Below are positions 9,210 to 19,255 of a DNA stretch of 64,000 bases, piece after piece; position 1 is the stretch's first letter; every line of letters begins with the position of its first letter. The stretch covers positions 2,624,001-2,688,000 of the forward strand of contig OY761611.1 of NCBI GenBank assembly GCA_963664875.1, written 5' to 3'. This DNA comes from Candidatus Kapaibacterium sp. (lineage in GTDB: Bacteria > Bacteroidota > Ignavibacteria > Kapaibacteriales > UBA2268). The notes beneath the pieces are model-generated. The model saw only the letters and a list, made by a program, of their open reading frames with translations. It did not search any database and had not been told where the DNA came from. The translations under genes and the position numbers were made by a program.

Positions 9210-12074
9210 TTACTCATCTACAGTCAAATCAATTTCTCTAAGAACCTGGCCTTCTTTTTTATCTTTAAATTCTATTTCTAATAAATGATTGGTTTTAGGC
9301 AGCCCTGATAGATCATATGTAGTGTCATTTATTTTATTTATATCTTTATAGTATCCAATTGCATCTATTCTTCTAATCTGTTTAGAGCTTTGAACATATA
9401 AAGTATTTTTGTCTTCGCTTAACACAAATTTGCTGATTAAGTCTTTTGGTTCTTGCCTGGTTAGCTCTCTTAATACAATGTTCCTATCTTTAAATTCTAT
9501 TTTTAAAGTGTGCTTTTTATAGTCAAGTTTGGAAATATCAAACGTACTATCAGAAGTCTTTTTTAAACGGGTGTCGCTTTCAGAAGCTTCGACTTCATCT
9601 ATCTCTTTTGAACATTCTATTTTTATACTTTTGTTGTCCTCGTTGACTATAAGATTTAGAGCCAAATCTGCGGGTTCCTCTTTAACAAACTCGCGGTAGA
9701 TTACTTCTTCGTCTTCGAATTCAATTTTTAAGAAATCACGGGTACACGGCAGCCTTGAGATATCATAAGAATCATCACTTAATTGTTTTAATCTTTTATC
9801 AGCTTCGACAGCTTCTATTCGGGAGATTTTTTTAGGACTTATAATTTTTATTATTTGTTTTTCCTGGTCAACATCAAGAGTAACTTTAGTACTGACAAAA
9901 GGCTCTACCATGAGAAGCTGCTTATAAACCACCTTCCTATCTTCAAACTCAACTCTAATGAAGTAATTCGCTGTGTCGAGATTTGAAATATCATAAGTAT
10001 AGTCAGAGATGTGTTTAAGCTCTCTACCCAAATCACTAATCGTCACACTTTTGATTTTGTCTTTGCTTGTAATTTTAACTGAATTTTTATCTAAAGATAA
10101 CTTAAACTGCAGATCAATATCTGCATCATTCCAAGCTTTGCCGAATTTATCAATTGACTCTTTGGAGATATAAGCTCCGTTTGTTGTATATGCATAAGCG
10201 TAGCCATCAGGAACAAAGTTTAAACCTATAATTCTCGCTTGGGATGTCCCTTCCAGTAAATTTTCCCAGTATTTGCCATCGATAGAGCGAAGTAAGGCGT
10301 ACCTGGTAAAATGATAATATTCCTTATTATATATTTTAATATTCATTTCTTTTGTTGGAGCAATTATTTTGTCCCATGTTTTACCGGTGTCTTGACTGAT
10401 TTTGATGCCATTTATATCAGAAATGGCTATGTAGGGATAATCAATATCAGAAGAGAATAAATAATTTGCATTTATACTTGATATCCTATGTTTATCTTTC
10501 TTATAATTGCCGTATTTAACGTGATAATCATCCCAACTATTACTACACAGTGCTAGGTAATCTCCATTTTCTTTATCTCTTATCTCAACTATATTATTTA
10601 GTATATGATTTATTATCTTATTTTTTATAAATAAAATCTGATATTTCCTGCGAGACAACACTGAGTTCTGCCATGAAATTTGAATTTGATTATCTCTGTG
10701 TTTGATATGATCTCTATCGTCCAAGTATTTCAAATAATGTAAGGTGTTTTCAGGAAAACAAGAAAACACATCTTCATTTTTAGAATTGATATTTTCAGCA
10801 AACGACTCTACGTAATATAGAGAATCGTTGCGAATAATATATGCAGTACCATCATTATTTAAATAGTATATATCATTCATATTACGATTGTAGTATCCAT
10901 CTCCATTAGCCATATTTATTGTTTTCCACTGACCATCCTCTTTTTTATATAGGTGATTATAGCTATATAAGATTTCAGAGTCGCCGATTTTTTTATAATC
11001 ATTAATAACAAGCGGAAATTCATTTTCTCCGATTTTTTGTTCTTTAACTAAATAATTCAGAAGATTACTTGAATCAGGTTCGTCAGAATATTTTGGATTT
11101 TGTTGATCCCATAAATCCCAGGATTTACCTTTGTCATCGGAAACAAAAGTAACATCAATATATTCATAGTATATCGTAGCTGTATTGACTAAGTTTAAAG
11201 TAAGCTTAGAGGTATGATTATTTAGCATGGTCACGCAATAATGCTTTTGCAATATCAAGCAGTCTAAAGAATCATTTTTACCCAAGATGCTTTGCCATTT
11301 TTGCCAATCTTTTCCTTTATTATTAGAAACATAAATCATCTTATCTGAATTCGAAAATGAAAAGATTTCATTCCCGATAAATATATAATTGCTTAACTTC
11401 GCATTCACAGAATATTGTGATTCATAGGACATAGAAGTGGGATCAAAAAAGGATAGAGTTTTTATAGAATCTTTGTCTTTACCATAAATAGCAAGCGTAT
11501 TGTCATATTTAAAAAGATGTATATTAGATATAGACTCCCATGAATTTTCATCATAGTCTATAGATTCCCATGTTTTTCCCTGATCTTCAGATTTATAAAT
11601 CGCAAATTTTTGATTATCATAAAAATTCGTCAGAGAATATTTAAAAGAACCCAAAAAAAACAGATTACTATCTTTTTCGAAGAATTGAAAACCATCAATC
11701 AGTAAGTTTATGGGCATAAAAGGTTTGGACAAATGCCAAATACTGTCATTTTCTTCCAAATAAAGTATCCCATAATTCCTAACAAAGGCAAGCACTGTGC
11801 CTTCTTCTGTTATATAAAAGGAGTACACCGGCAAGCCAATATCTTGTAAATCACGAACTTTATCTCCTTCTAATACCTTATTAAGATGCTTAAAAGTCTT
11901 ACCGCCATCAGTTGATTTTGCAATTACATAATGTCCAATGTAAATAGTATCTCCGGTTCTGAATATTGCACTTGGGGTTGATTTCACATCACATTTTATC
12001 TCTTCCCATTCCATGGCGTAGGAGGTAGAAAATACAGAAAGCAGTAAAATGAATATCAAAGTTAGGTTTTTCAT
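9210..12074 (-). CDS. Secreted BNR/Asp-box repeat protein with four tandem CTD-like repeats, paralog 2
   Basis: Start MKNLTLIFILL at 12074 (the longer ORF start overlaps the upstream gene). Asp-boxes STDGGKTF, SEDQGKTW, SNNKGKDW, SDDKGKSW, SQDTGKTW. Four roughly 75-aa C-terminal repeats. Confidence 0.8.
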   Translation of the reverse strand: MKNLTLIFILLLSVFSTSYAMEWEEIKCDVKSTPSAIFRTGDTIYIGHYVIAKSTDGGKTFKHLNKVLEGDKVRDLQDIGLPVYSFYITEEGTVLAFVRNYGILYLEENDSIWHLSKPFMPINLLIDGFQFFEKDSNLFFLGSFKYSLTNFYDNQKFAIYKSEDQGKTWESIDYDENSWESISNIHLFKYDNTLAIYGKDKDSIKTLSFFDPTSMSYESQYSVNAKLSNYIFIGNEIFSFSNSDKMIYVSNNKGKDWQKWQSILGKNDSLDCLILQKHYCVTMLNNHTSKLTLNLVNTATIYYEYIDVTFVSDDKGKSWDLWDQQNPKYSDEPDSSNLLNYLVKEQKIGENEFPLVINDYKKIGDSEILYSYNHLYKKEDGQWKTINMANGDGYYNRNMNDIYYLNNDGTAYIIRNDSLYYVESFAENINSKNEDVFSCFPENTLHYLKYLDDRDHIKHRDNQIQISWQNSVLSRRKYQILFIKNKIINHILNNIVEIRDKENGDYLALCSNSWDDYHVKYGNYKKDKHRISSINANYLFSSDIDYPYIAISDINGIKISQDTGKTWDKIIAPTKEMNIKIYNKEYYHFTRYALLRSIDGKYWENLLEGTSQARIIGLNFVPDGYAYAYTTNGAYISKESIDKFGKAWNDADIDLQFKLSLDKNSVKITSKDKIKSVTISDLGRELKHISDYTYDISNLDTANYFIRVEFEDRKVVYKQLLMVEPFVSTKVTLDVDQEKQIIKIISPKKISRIEAVEADKRLKQLSDDSYDISRLPCTRDFLKIEFEDEEVIYREFVKEEPADLALNLIVNEDNKSIKIECSKEIDEVEASESDTRLKKTSDSTFDISKLDYKKHTLKIEFKDRNIVLRELTRQEPKDLISKFVLSEDKNTLYVQSSKQIRRIDAIGYYKDINKINDTTYDLSGLPKTNHLLEIEFKDKKEGQVLREIDLTVDE
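9213..10120 (-). repeat. Four tandem, about 75-aa protein repeats (CTD-like)
   Basis: Units carry YDISNL..YFIRVEFED, YDISRL..FLKIEFED, FDISKL..TLKIEFKD and YDLSGL..LLEIEFKD. The first three end in EP. Confidence 0.8.
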
Positions 12075-12078
12075 GATC

Positions 12079-14391
12079 TTATTCCTTTTCTTCCAAAGCC
12101 AACTGCTTATAAACCACTTTCCCATCTTCAAACTCAACCCTTAGGAAAAAGTTTTCGCTTTCGAGAGTGGATATGTCATAAGCATAATTCGCAATGAGCT
12201 TCAGCTCTTGTTTAAGTTCGCTTGCTTCCACGGTTTTGATTCTGTTGGAAGTAACTATTTGAACTGACTTTTTGTCGTTGCTTAGATTAAATTCTAAATC
12301 AATCTCGTCTTCTTCCCATGCTTTGTGGCTGTTGTCCATTGTTTCTATAGAAATAAAAGCTCCGTTTGTGGTATAGACATAAGCATGGCCATTAGGATCG
12401 AATTCAAAATCTATTACCTTTGCTTTGGATGTCCCTTCTAAGATGTTTTCCCAGTAGTTGCCGTCGTGAGAGCGAAGGAGAAGTTTATTTGTTTTTAGGT
12501 AAATCAAGTCATTTTTAAGTTTAATTGGAGTTTTATGAATATCTTGCACTCCGGCAAATATAGAATGTGGTAATTTGCAAACATTATCCCACGAATTGCC
12601 AAAGTTTCTTGTAACATCTAAACCTCCATAATGTAAAATAATGAAAGATTGATCTTCCCAATCCAGTTTCAGATAACTAAGTATAGATTTTACTTTGGTA
12701 TTAATTTCTTTTATTACACCCTCTTTATTGCCGATTTTTATTTTATAAGTGGTAGAAGCAATACTATCTTTTTGAGATTCAGACATCCTTTGCCAATTAG
12801 GTGATTTTATAGCACAATATGTATAGTCAGAATTAATCATACCAATATTGTCAGCTCTATCCAGCTTTATAATTTGCTGGCCTCTATCATAGATATAATT
12901 CCCTGTGGAGTCAAAAGGCCATATCCACTTTTTATATACACAAACCATATTACCAAACTTTCCAGATACAAAATCTGTATAATGCTTAGTTATAGTATGA
13001 TTATTAAGGATGTGAAATTGTGTCAGGGTATCTTTCGGAATAGTAGTTAATTCATTCCAATTTGGATAATAGCACAAAATACTATTAGTTAGACCATAAG
13101 CTGAACCGTCAAAATTCAGCCATGCATAATCTATAGTTGAGATATGTTTCCAGCTACCATTTTCATATATCCATATAGGTTTAGATTTGTCATAAAACAA
13201 GCATATTCTTTGACTATCTCGTTTTCTGTAGCTTGCTATTGGGGAAACCTGAGCGGCAAAACTATTGACTTCTTCAACCTCTTGTTTTTCTAAATTATAA
13301 ATACGGTTTCTAGTATTTTTTTCAAAGTAGTATCTACTATTTTGCAAATCAATAGTATCATATTTGTTATTCTGGTTTTTAAATACTAAGCAATCAAACA
13401 TCCCTCTAATTGGCATTTCGAACTTTTGCCATGTCTTACAATTATCAGAGCTGAATAAATAATATGTTTTATATTTTGTTGTAAAAGTTACTCTTATATC
13501 AGTTTCAAAAAGCCAAGAATCACCATAATGCACTAAGTTGTAATAATAAGGATTCATCTCATCAGGAATATTCAGGTCACTGGCCACTTCACCTATGTTT
13601 GCAATAACTTCCCATTTTTGACTTTCCAAATCATATTTCGCAAGTTTAGAATCTGGTCCTGAATTGTTAATACAGTATAAATCATCCTTATATATTATAT
13701 ATTCAGAGGCATATTCTTTATTATACTCGTTATCAAATTTATCTATTTTTCTTTCGCTAATGCTCTCAGTTAAAGGATTGTAAAAGACAAACTTATCTAT
13801 ATATTCGCCTGAACTAATTTCGAAAAGAAACTCTTGTCTTTCTTTTATATATCTCACTGAAGTTATAGAATTGGTGTCTTTTGAATTCCAAACAACACGC
13901 CCCCATCTCTTCCCATCATCAGTAGATTTATGAAGTTGAAAATATCTCCCAAAAGCTATTTTGTCATATTCATAACTGATCTTAAATCTCAAAAAATCAG
14001 AGTTTAAATCAGATAACGTAAATCCTTCCGGTATTGTATGCATAGTTGGAGACCAAGTTTCTCCGGCATCTTTTGTTATTAACATTCCTAAACTATCAAC
14101 CGATGCCAGCAAATATCCTTCATCGTTCATTTCAAAGCTTTTTACTTTGTACCCTTCATCCGCCAAATCAAACTCTCTATCTCCATCCACTACTTTATTG
14201 ATTTTCTTAAAAGTCTTACCGCCGTCAGTTGATTTTGCAATGCCATAATGACCTATGTAAATAGTATCACCGGATCTGAATATAGCACTAGGGGTTGATT
14301 TTACATCACACTTTATCTCTTCCCATTCCATGGCGTAGGAGGTAGAAAAAATGAAAGTTAGTACTGCAAGTATTAAAGTTAGGTTTTTCAT
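12079..14391 (-). CDS. Secreted BNR/Asp-box repeat protein with a non-canonical CTD-like tail, paralog 3
   Basis: Signal peptide; Asp-boxes STDGGKTF, TKDAGETW, STDDGKRW, SSDNCKTW, TRNFGNSW. The 3' end is nearly identical to that of paralog 1. Confidence 0.8.
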   Translation of the reverse strand: MKNLTLILAVLTFIFSTSYAMEWEEIKCDVKSTPSAIFRSGDTIYIGHYGIAKSTDGGKTFKKINKVVDGDREFDLADEGYKVKSFEMNDEGYLLASVDSLGMLITKDAGETWSPTMHTIPEGFTLSDLNSDFLRFKISYEYDKIAFGRYFQLHKSTDDGKRWGRVVWNSKDTNSITSVRYIKERQEFLFEISSGEYIDKFVFYNPLTESISERKIDKFDNEYNKEYASEYIIYKDDLYCINNSGPDSKLAKYDLESQKWEVIANIGEVASDLNIPDEMNPYYYNLVHYGDSWLFETDIRVTFTTKYKTYYLFSSDNCKTWQKFEMPIRGMFDCLVFKNQNNKYDTIDLQNSRYYFEKNTRNRIYNLEKQEVEEVNSFAAQVSPIASYRKRDSQRICLFYDKSKPIWIYENGSWKHISTIDYAWLNFDGSAYGLTNSILCYYPNWNELTTIPKDTLTQFHILNNHTITKHYTDFVSGKFGNMVCVYKKWIWPFDSTGNYIYDRGQQIIKLDRADNIGMINSDYTYCAIKSPNWQRMSESQKDSIASTTYKIKIGNKEGVIKEINTKVKSILSYLKLDWEDQSFIILHYGGLDVTRNFGNSWDNVCKLPHSIFAGVQDIHKTPIKLKNDLIYLKTNKLLLRSHDGNYWENILEGTSKAKVIDFEFDPNGHAYVYTTNGAFISIETMDNSHKAWEEDEIDLEFNLSNDKKSVQIVTSNRIKTVEASELKQELKLIANYAYDISTLESENFFLRVEFEDGKVVYKQLALEEKE

Positions 14392-14421
14392 AAGATTTCG
14401 AGATTGAGTGAGTAATACAGA

Positions 14422-14451
14422 TATAACACACAGAATGCAGAAAAGGTTACA
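14422..14451 (-). promoter_or_regulatory. Candidate ECF-sigma promoter for the BNR array
   Basis: Minus strand TGTAACCTTTTCTGCATTCTGTGTGTTATA, ending 30 nt upstream of the ATG at 14391. Confidence 0.45.
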
Positions 14452-14695
14452 GCGATGTTAAATATCTTTTATTGAATAATGCTAAATGTAAAAAATCTAT
14501 ATCATAAAATACGATAAGCACTCGAATATTTGGGTGAAGAATAGAAATTTTATTTATCTGCTAAAAAAATTTTCTTTATATTTAGTAGTCTATAATCTAT
14601 CCTCATTGATTTGCACCTTATTATTTGCAATACTTTTGCAAAAGCTCTATCTTGTAAATAATGGTTTATTTGTATTAATATTATAAGAGAGTACG

Positions 14696-16696
14696 ATGAA
14701 AAAATTCAACGCACTATTTCTCTTTTTTGCTCTTTCTTTAGCATTTGCTATATCCTGTCAGCCTACTGAAAAAAAAGACGAAACAGAAAAAACTGCTGCT
14801 TCGACTTACGAAGGCAGAAGACAGGAAGGCCAGCTTGTAATCGAAGATATTCCGGAAATACCTCAGGAGATAGCGGATAAATATCTTCAGTATTCTAATA
14901 TCAGAGGTGCATCTTTTGCCGGATGGAACATCTTTGGTGATGGTGTTTTTATCAAAACACGCTTTGCAGAAACAAGTCAGGTACACCATGTAGGTATGGC
15001 AGGTGGTGCACGTAAACAGCTTACTTTCTTTTCTGAGCCGGTTGGTGGAGTTTCTGTCTGCCCTGATAAATCGAAAGGGATGTTCCTGTTTACAAAAGAT
15101 ATAGGTGGCAACGAAGCTTATCAGATTTACCAATATAACATGAACGATGGTTCCTCCAAGCTGCTTACCGATGGGGTATCTCGCCATGGAGGTGCTATAT
15201 GGAATCATAATGGTTCTCAGTTTGTTTATACTTCTAATAAACGCAATGGGAAAGATATGGATATCTATGTAGCAGATATCAATAACCCTGCGGAAGCTCA
15301 ACTTGTTTTTGAAGCAGAAGGGCATTGGGGGCCAATTGATTGGTCTATGGATAATACCAAGTTGCTTATCTATAATTACAAATCAATCAATGACAACACT
15401 GTACATTTGTTAGATGTAGCTACTAAAAAGACTACACCACTTCTCACAGCAAACGAAGAATTTGCTATGGGCGGTGGAGTTGCTGCTTTCTCTAGAGACG
15501 GAAAGGGCGTTTATTATCTCTCAGACCTTGGCAATGAATTTCTAAAACTTTATTTTTACGACTTTAACACAAAGGCTTCAACTCCTATAGCCCATGAAAT
15601 AGCTTGGGATATTGAAAGTATTGTGCCATCACCAGACGGAATGCTTGTAGCTCTGTCAGTAAACGAAGACGGTATGTCAAAGTTCTATATGTTAGATACT
15701 AAAACGAATAAACTTTTTGTTCCAAAATCAATACCGACGGGAACAGTAGAGGGATATGACTTTTCGGAAGACAGCAAAAAACTTGCTATGACTATCAGCA
15801 CAAAAGACTCTCCCGGTGATGTTTATATAATGGATTTGGCTGCAGATAAAACGACCCGATGGACATCGAGCGAAATTGGCGGTTTGAATACCGATGAGTT
15901 TATCGAACCTGAGCTTATACATTATCCTACTTTTGACGAAGTCGATGGCAAACCTCGAATGATACCAGCTTATTATTATAAACCTAAAGGAGAAGGTCCA
16001 TTCCCTGTGGTTGTTACCTTCCACGGCGGCCCTGAAGCACAGTTCCGTCCCGGCTTTGCTTCTACATACCAGTTTTGGTTAAATGAGCTTGGTATAGCAG
16101 TGATTGCTCCAAATGTAAGAGGTAGCTCCGGCTATGGGAAAACTTATTTGAAATTAGACAACGGCTTCGATAGAGAGAACTCTGTGAAAGACGGTGGTGC
16201 ATTGCTTGACTGGATAGCACAGCAACCGGAACTAAATCCTCAGAAAATTTGTGTTTTTGGTGGTTCTTATGGTGGCTATATGTCTCTTGCCATGATGACT
16301 AATTACAATGACAGATTAGCCGCAGGTGTGGATATTGTGGGCATATCTAACTTTGTTACTTTCCTCAAAAATACTAAAGACTACCGCCGAGATCTTCGCA
16401 GAGCTGAGTACGGAGATGAAAGAGACGAAAAGATGCGTGAGTTTCAGGAAAAAATTGCTCCTTTGAACAATGCTCATAAAATCACAAAACCTATGTTTAT
16501 CATTCAAGGTTACAATGACCCACGAGTTCCTGCTTCTGAAGCAGAGCAAATGGTTACAAAAATCAGAGAAAACAAAGGCGACGTTTGGTATCTGCTTGCA
16601 ATGGACGAAGGCCACGGATTTAGCAAAAAAGGTAACAGAGACTACTATTCCAAATCAGTTGCTCTATTCCTAAAAACAATGCTAAAAGACAAGTAA
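14696..16696 (+). CDS. S9 family (prolyl oligopeptidase/acylaminoacyl) peptidase, lipoprotein
   Basis: Lipobox LAFAISC, propeller region, HGGPE, GGSYGG nucleophile, NDPRV Asp, DEGHGF His. Confidence 0.93.
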   Translation: MKKFNALFLFFALSLAFAISCQPTEKKDETEKTAASTYEGRRQEGQLVIEDIPEIPQEIADKYLQYSNIRGASFAGWNIFGDGVFIKTRFAETSQVHHVGMAGGARKQLTFFSEPVGGVSVCPDKSKGMFLFTKDIGGNEAYQIYQYNMNDGSSKLLTDGVSRHGGAIWNHNGSQFVYTSNKRNGKDMDIYVADINNPAEAQLVFEAEGHWGPIDWSMDNTKLLIYNYKSINDNTVHLLDVATKKTTPLLTANEEFAMGGGVAAFSRDGKGVYYLSDLGNEFLKLYFYDFNTKASTPIAHEIAWDIESIVPSPDGMLVALSVNEDGMSKFYMLDTKTNKLFVPKSIPTGTVEGYDFSEDSKKLAMTISTKDSPGDVYIMDLAADKTTRWTSSEIGGLNTDEFIEPELIHYPTFDEVDGKPRMIPAYYYKPKGEGPFPVVVTFHGGPEAQFRPGFASTYQFWLNELGIAVIAPNVRGSSGYGKTYLKLDNGFDRENSVKDGGALLDWIAQQPELNPQKICVFGGSYGGYMSLAMMTNYNDRLAAGVDIVGISNFVTFLKNTKDYRRDLRRAEYGDERDEKMREFQEKIAPLNNAHKITKPMFIIQGYNDPRVPASEAEQMVTKIRENKGDVWYLLAMDEGHGFSKKGNRDYYSKSVALFLKTMLKDK

Positions 16697-16732
16697 AAAA
16701 ATCGCAGAGATTATATAAATTATTTTTGAATC

Positions 16733-16763
16733 AGGGAAGTCTTCAACGGCTTCCTTTTTTTTT
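16733..16763 (+). terminator. Intrinsic terminator
   Basis: GGAAGTC-TTCAAC-GGCTTCC plus a T9 run. Confidence 0.75.
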
Positions 16764-16994
16764 GTGCACAGAAGAAACAGGGATAAGTGTTTCCAATTTT
16801 CTAATAGCAATGTTCTTAGATTGTTAGTTCTTGATTTATAAAAATGATTGATAATTCCCAATCTTAGTCGGCTTTCTTAATTCAGATATAACTGATTTTT
16901 GACATAATATTTATGATTTCCTTGCAGAAATAATAATATATATCTATATTGCAAGATTGCTAATAATTCTTCAGGAAAAATAAAGAGGGTACTT

Positions 16995-19142
16995 ATGAAT
17001 TTACTTAGAATTCTAATATTTGTTATTATAACTTCTGTTACAGCTCAAGCCATTGAGTGGCAGGAAGTTGATGTGCCGAAATCTGCTAATATATACTACA
17101 TTACACAAAAAGGAGATGATATCATACTTTGTGGTAATGGTATTAAAGTATCAAATGATGGTGGAAAATCATTTCAATATTCCAATGATATAAATGACAT
17201 GATAGTTGAAGGCGACACTTTAAGTAAAAATTCAATAGCTAATTCAATGGCATACATAAGCGATAAAGGGAACTTCATTGTCATTCCGAGCATCGGCAAT
17301 ATTCTTTATTCAACAAACAAAGGCAAATCATGGGAAGTATCTAATTTAAGCTCTGATTTAAGCTATACCAAATTTTTCCAAGATGAGAACGGACTTTATT
17401 TAGCTCATGAATTTGGATTGTACTGTTCTAAGAATCAAGGTAAAACATGGACAAACGTTTATATGTTAGAACCTTATGGAAGTTATTTTGAATCGTATTA
17501 TTATAAAGATTCTAAAATTTATCTAAGATATTCTGAATATGATTCCTTAGGTCAAAAAGTATATATTTATAATACTGACTCTCAAACAAAGGACAGCTCT
17601 ATTTCGAACTTGTTTGCCGGAAACTTATTCTCAAGCGGAGATACAGTTTTTGCTTATCTAAATGCATATCAAGATTATGATTCATTATTCAAATCAACGA
17701 ATGGTGGAATAACGTGGGAATATTCATTGGACATGGAAAAGAATATTTTTGAACAGCTTGAATCTGAGTCTGATTCGATCGATATACACAAGGTAAAAGC
17801 ATCTAGTGAAGTTATATGGGTTACCTATTCTTCATACAACAATGAAGAAATGGAGTATCCTAAGTATGCTGTTAGCAAAGATAATGGATATCATTTCGCA
17901 GAATATGAGTATGACATAAATCAAAATCCATTTGGAGTTTATACTCAAGTAATTGATAATAAGCTATATGGATGGAATGCAGTTTATAGTATCTACGACA
18001 CACAGACGGATTCATTTATAAATTTAAACTATAGCTTTCCGATTACAAAAAGCTATCGAACTATTGAAAAGAAAGAATGCGCTCTTAGCGTCGGACTTGG
18101 AGGTGAAGCTTTGATTCATTGGGATAAAATTAATAATGCTTGGAAAACGAACCATATCTCTGATATGGGTGAGTATTTGATTTCTATGCAGGGACATATT
18201 TTTAAAAGTGTTTCGAATGAAAATGGCAGAGAATTACAGATAATATACAAAGACCTCCTTGATACTCTCATCCCGGGGCAATTTTTTGTTACTGATATAA
18301 GAACTTTTGAAAATGGAAGTACTCTATTACTTCTGGACATCAAACAGTCTTATAAATATAACGCAATTCTTGTAGATAAAGAAAATGTAATCGCTCTCAA
18401 GGATTCCGTTCATTTTAATTTCGACTATTGTCTTCAAGATAATTCTTACTCTTATATAACTGATGAAGATGATCATCCGGTTATACATAAAGGGAATTTG
18501 GATACAAATACCGAAGACTCTGTAGCTATTACTGAAGTAACAGAATCATATTTATGGATTCGGGAATTTTCTTGCCAAAAAGACAAAAACATATTTAGGA
18601 CTCGTAACAATTTATATACCAGTACTGACGGTGGAAATACAGTACATTCTATAGAGAATAGCAATATTCTTTCTCAGATGAATGAGATCATGGTACATGA
18701 TAATAAATTTTATGCCTTAAGTAATTTGGGTTTCTTCCGCTCGATTGACGGTATTACTTGGGAGAATCTGTTGGCAGACAAATTCGACGGTAATGTAGGC
18801 GTTATAAACTACGAATTCGACCCTGAAGGCTATATCTTTGCCTACACTACTATGGGGACTTTCAAATCTGCAGAACCGGTGTCTGTGGCAGAAGATAATT
18901 CTAACATAGATACTCCTAATATCAGCATAAATATCTATCCAAACCCAAGCTCAGATGTTTTGAGTTTTGACTTCAATGGACAGGTAGATAATGCCGAAGT
19001 TCTTGATTTAAATGGCAAAACTATCAACTGTCCACAATCTTCAAACTCGCTTGATATTAGCAATTTAAGCTCCGGTGCATATTTCTTAAAAGTTACATCA
19101 AATGGCAAAACTTTCTATCGCCAGTTTGTAAAAGCTGAGTAG
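16995..19142 (+). CDS. Secreted BNR/Asp-box repeat protein with a canonical T9SS type A C-terminal sorting domain, paralog 4
   Basis: Signal peptide; Asp-boxes SNDGGKSF, STNKGKSW, SKNQGKTW, STNGGITW, STDGGNT. Tail IYPNP...VLDLNGK...LDISNLSSGAYFLKV...RQFVK. Confidence 0.9.
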   Translation: MNLLRILIFVIITSVTAQAIEWQEVDVPKSANIYYITQKGDDIILCGNGIKVSNDGGKSFQYSNDINDMIVEGDTLSKNSIANSMAYISDKGNFIVIPSIGNILYSTNKGKSWEVSNLSSDLSYTKFFQDENGLYLAHEFGLYCSKNQGKTWTNVYMLEPYGSYFESYYYKDSKIYLRYSEYDSLGQKVYIYNTDSQTKDSSISNLFAGNLFSSGDTVFAYLNAYQDYDSLFKSTNGGITWEYSLDMEKNIFEQLESESDSIDIHKVKASSEVIWVTYSSYNNEEMEYPKYAVSKDNGYHFAEYEYDINQNPFGVYTQVIDNKLYGWNAVYSIYDTQTDSFINLNYSFPITKSYRTIEKKECALSVGLGGEALIHWDKINNAWKTNHISDMGEYLISMQGHIFKSVSNENGRELQIIYKDLLDTLIPGQFFVTDIRTFENGSTLLLLDIKQSYKYNAILVDKENVIALKDSVHFNFDYCLQDNSYSYITDEDDHPVIHKGNLDTNTEDSVAITEVTESYLWIREFSCQKDKNIFRTRNNLYTSTDGGNTVHSIENSNILSQMNEIMVHDNKFYALSNLGFFRSIDGITWENLLADKFDGNVGVINYEFDPEGYIFAYTTMGTFKSAEPVSVAEDNSNIDTPNISINIYPNPSSDVLSFDFNGQVDNAEVLDLNGKTINCPQSSNSLDISNLSSGAYFLKVTSNGKTFYRQFVKAE

Positions 19143-19177
19143 GGATATTTGATAAAAGAAATGATATATCTAATTCT

Positions 19178-19208
19178 GAGGCATTTTCTAAAGTTTGGGA
19201 AATGCCTC
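19178..19208. terminator. Hairpin between convergent genes
   Basis: GAGGCATTT ... AAATGCCTC inverted repeat. Confidence 0.55.
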
Positions 19209-19255
19209 TGTTAGTTTTTACATTCTTTATCGCAAACTGCCTTGTTTCGGAGAGG

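Noticed and set aside
12075-12137. Extended N-terminus of the 975-aa ORF
   Set aside because: It overlaps the end of paralog 3; the signal peptide and paralog alignment place the start at 12074.
6863-14391. Diversity-generating retroelement or invertase shufflon as the cause of array variation
   Set aside because: No reverse transcriptase or recombinase in the window, repeats are direct and coding, and differences are not adenine-specific.
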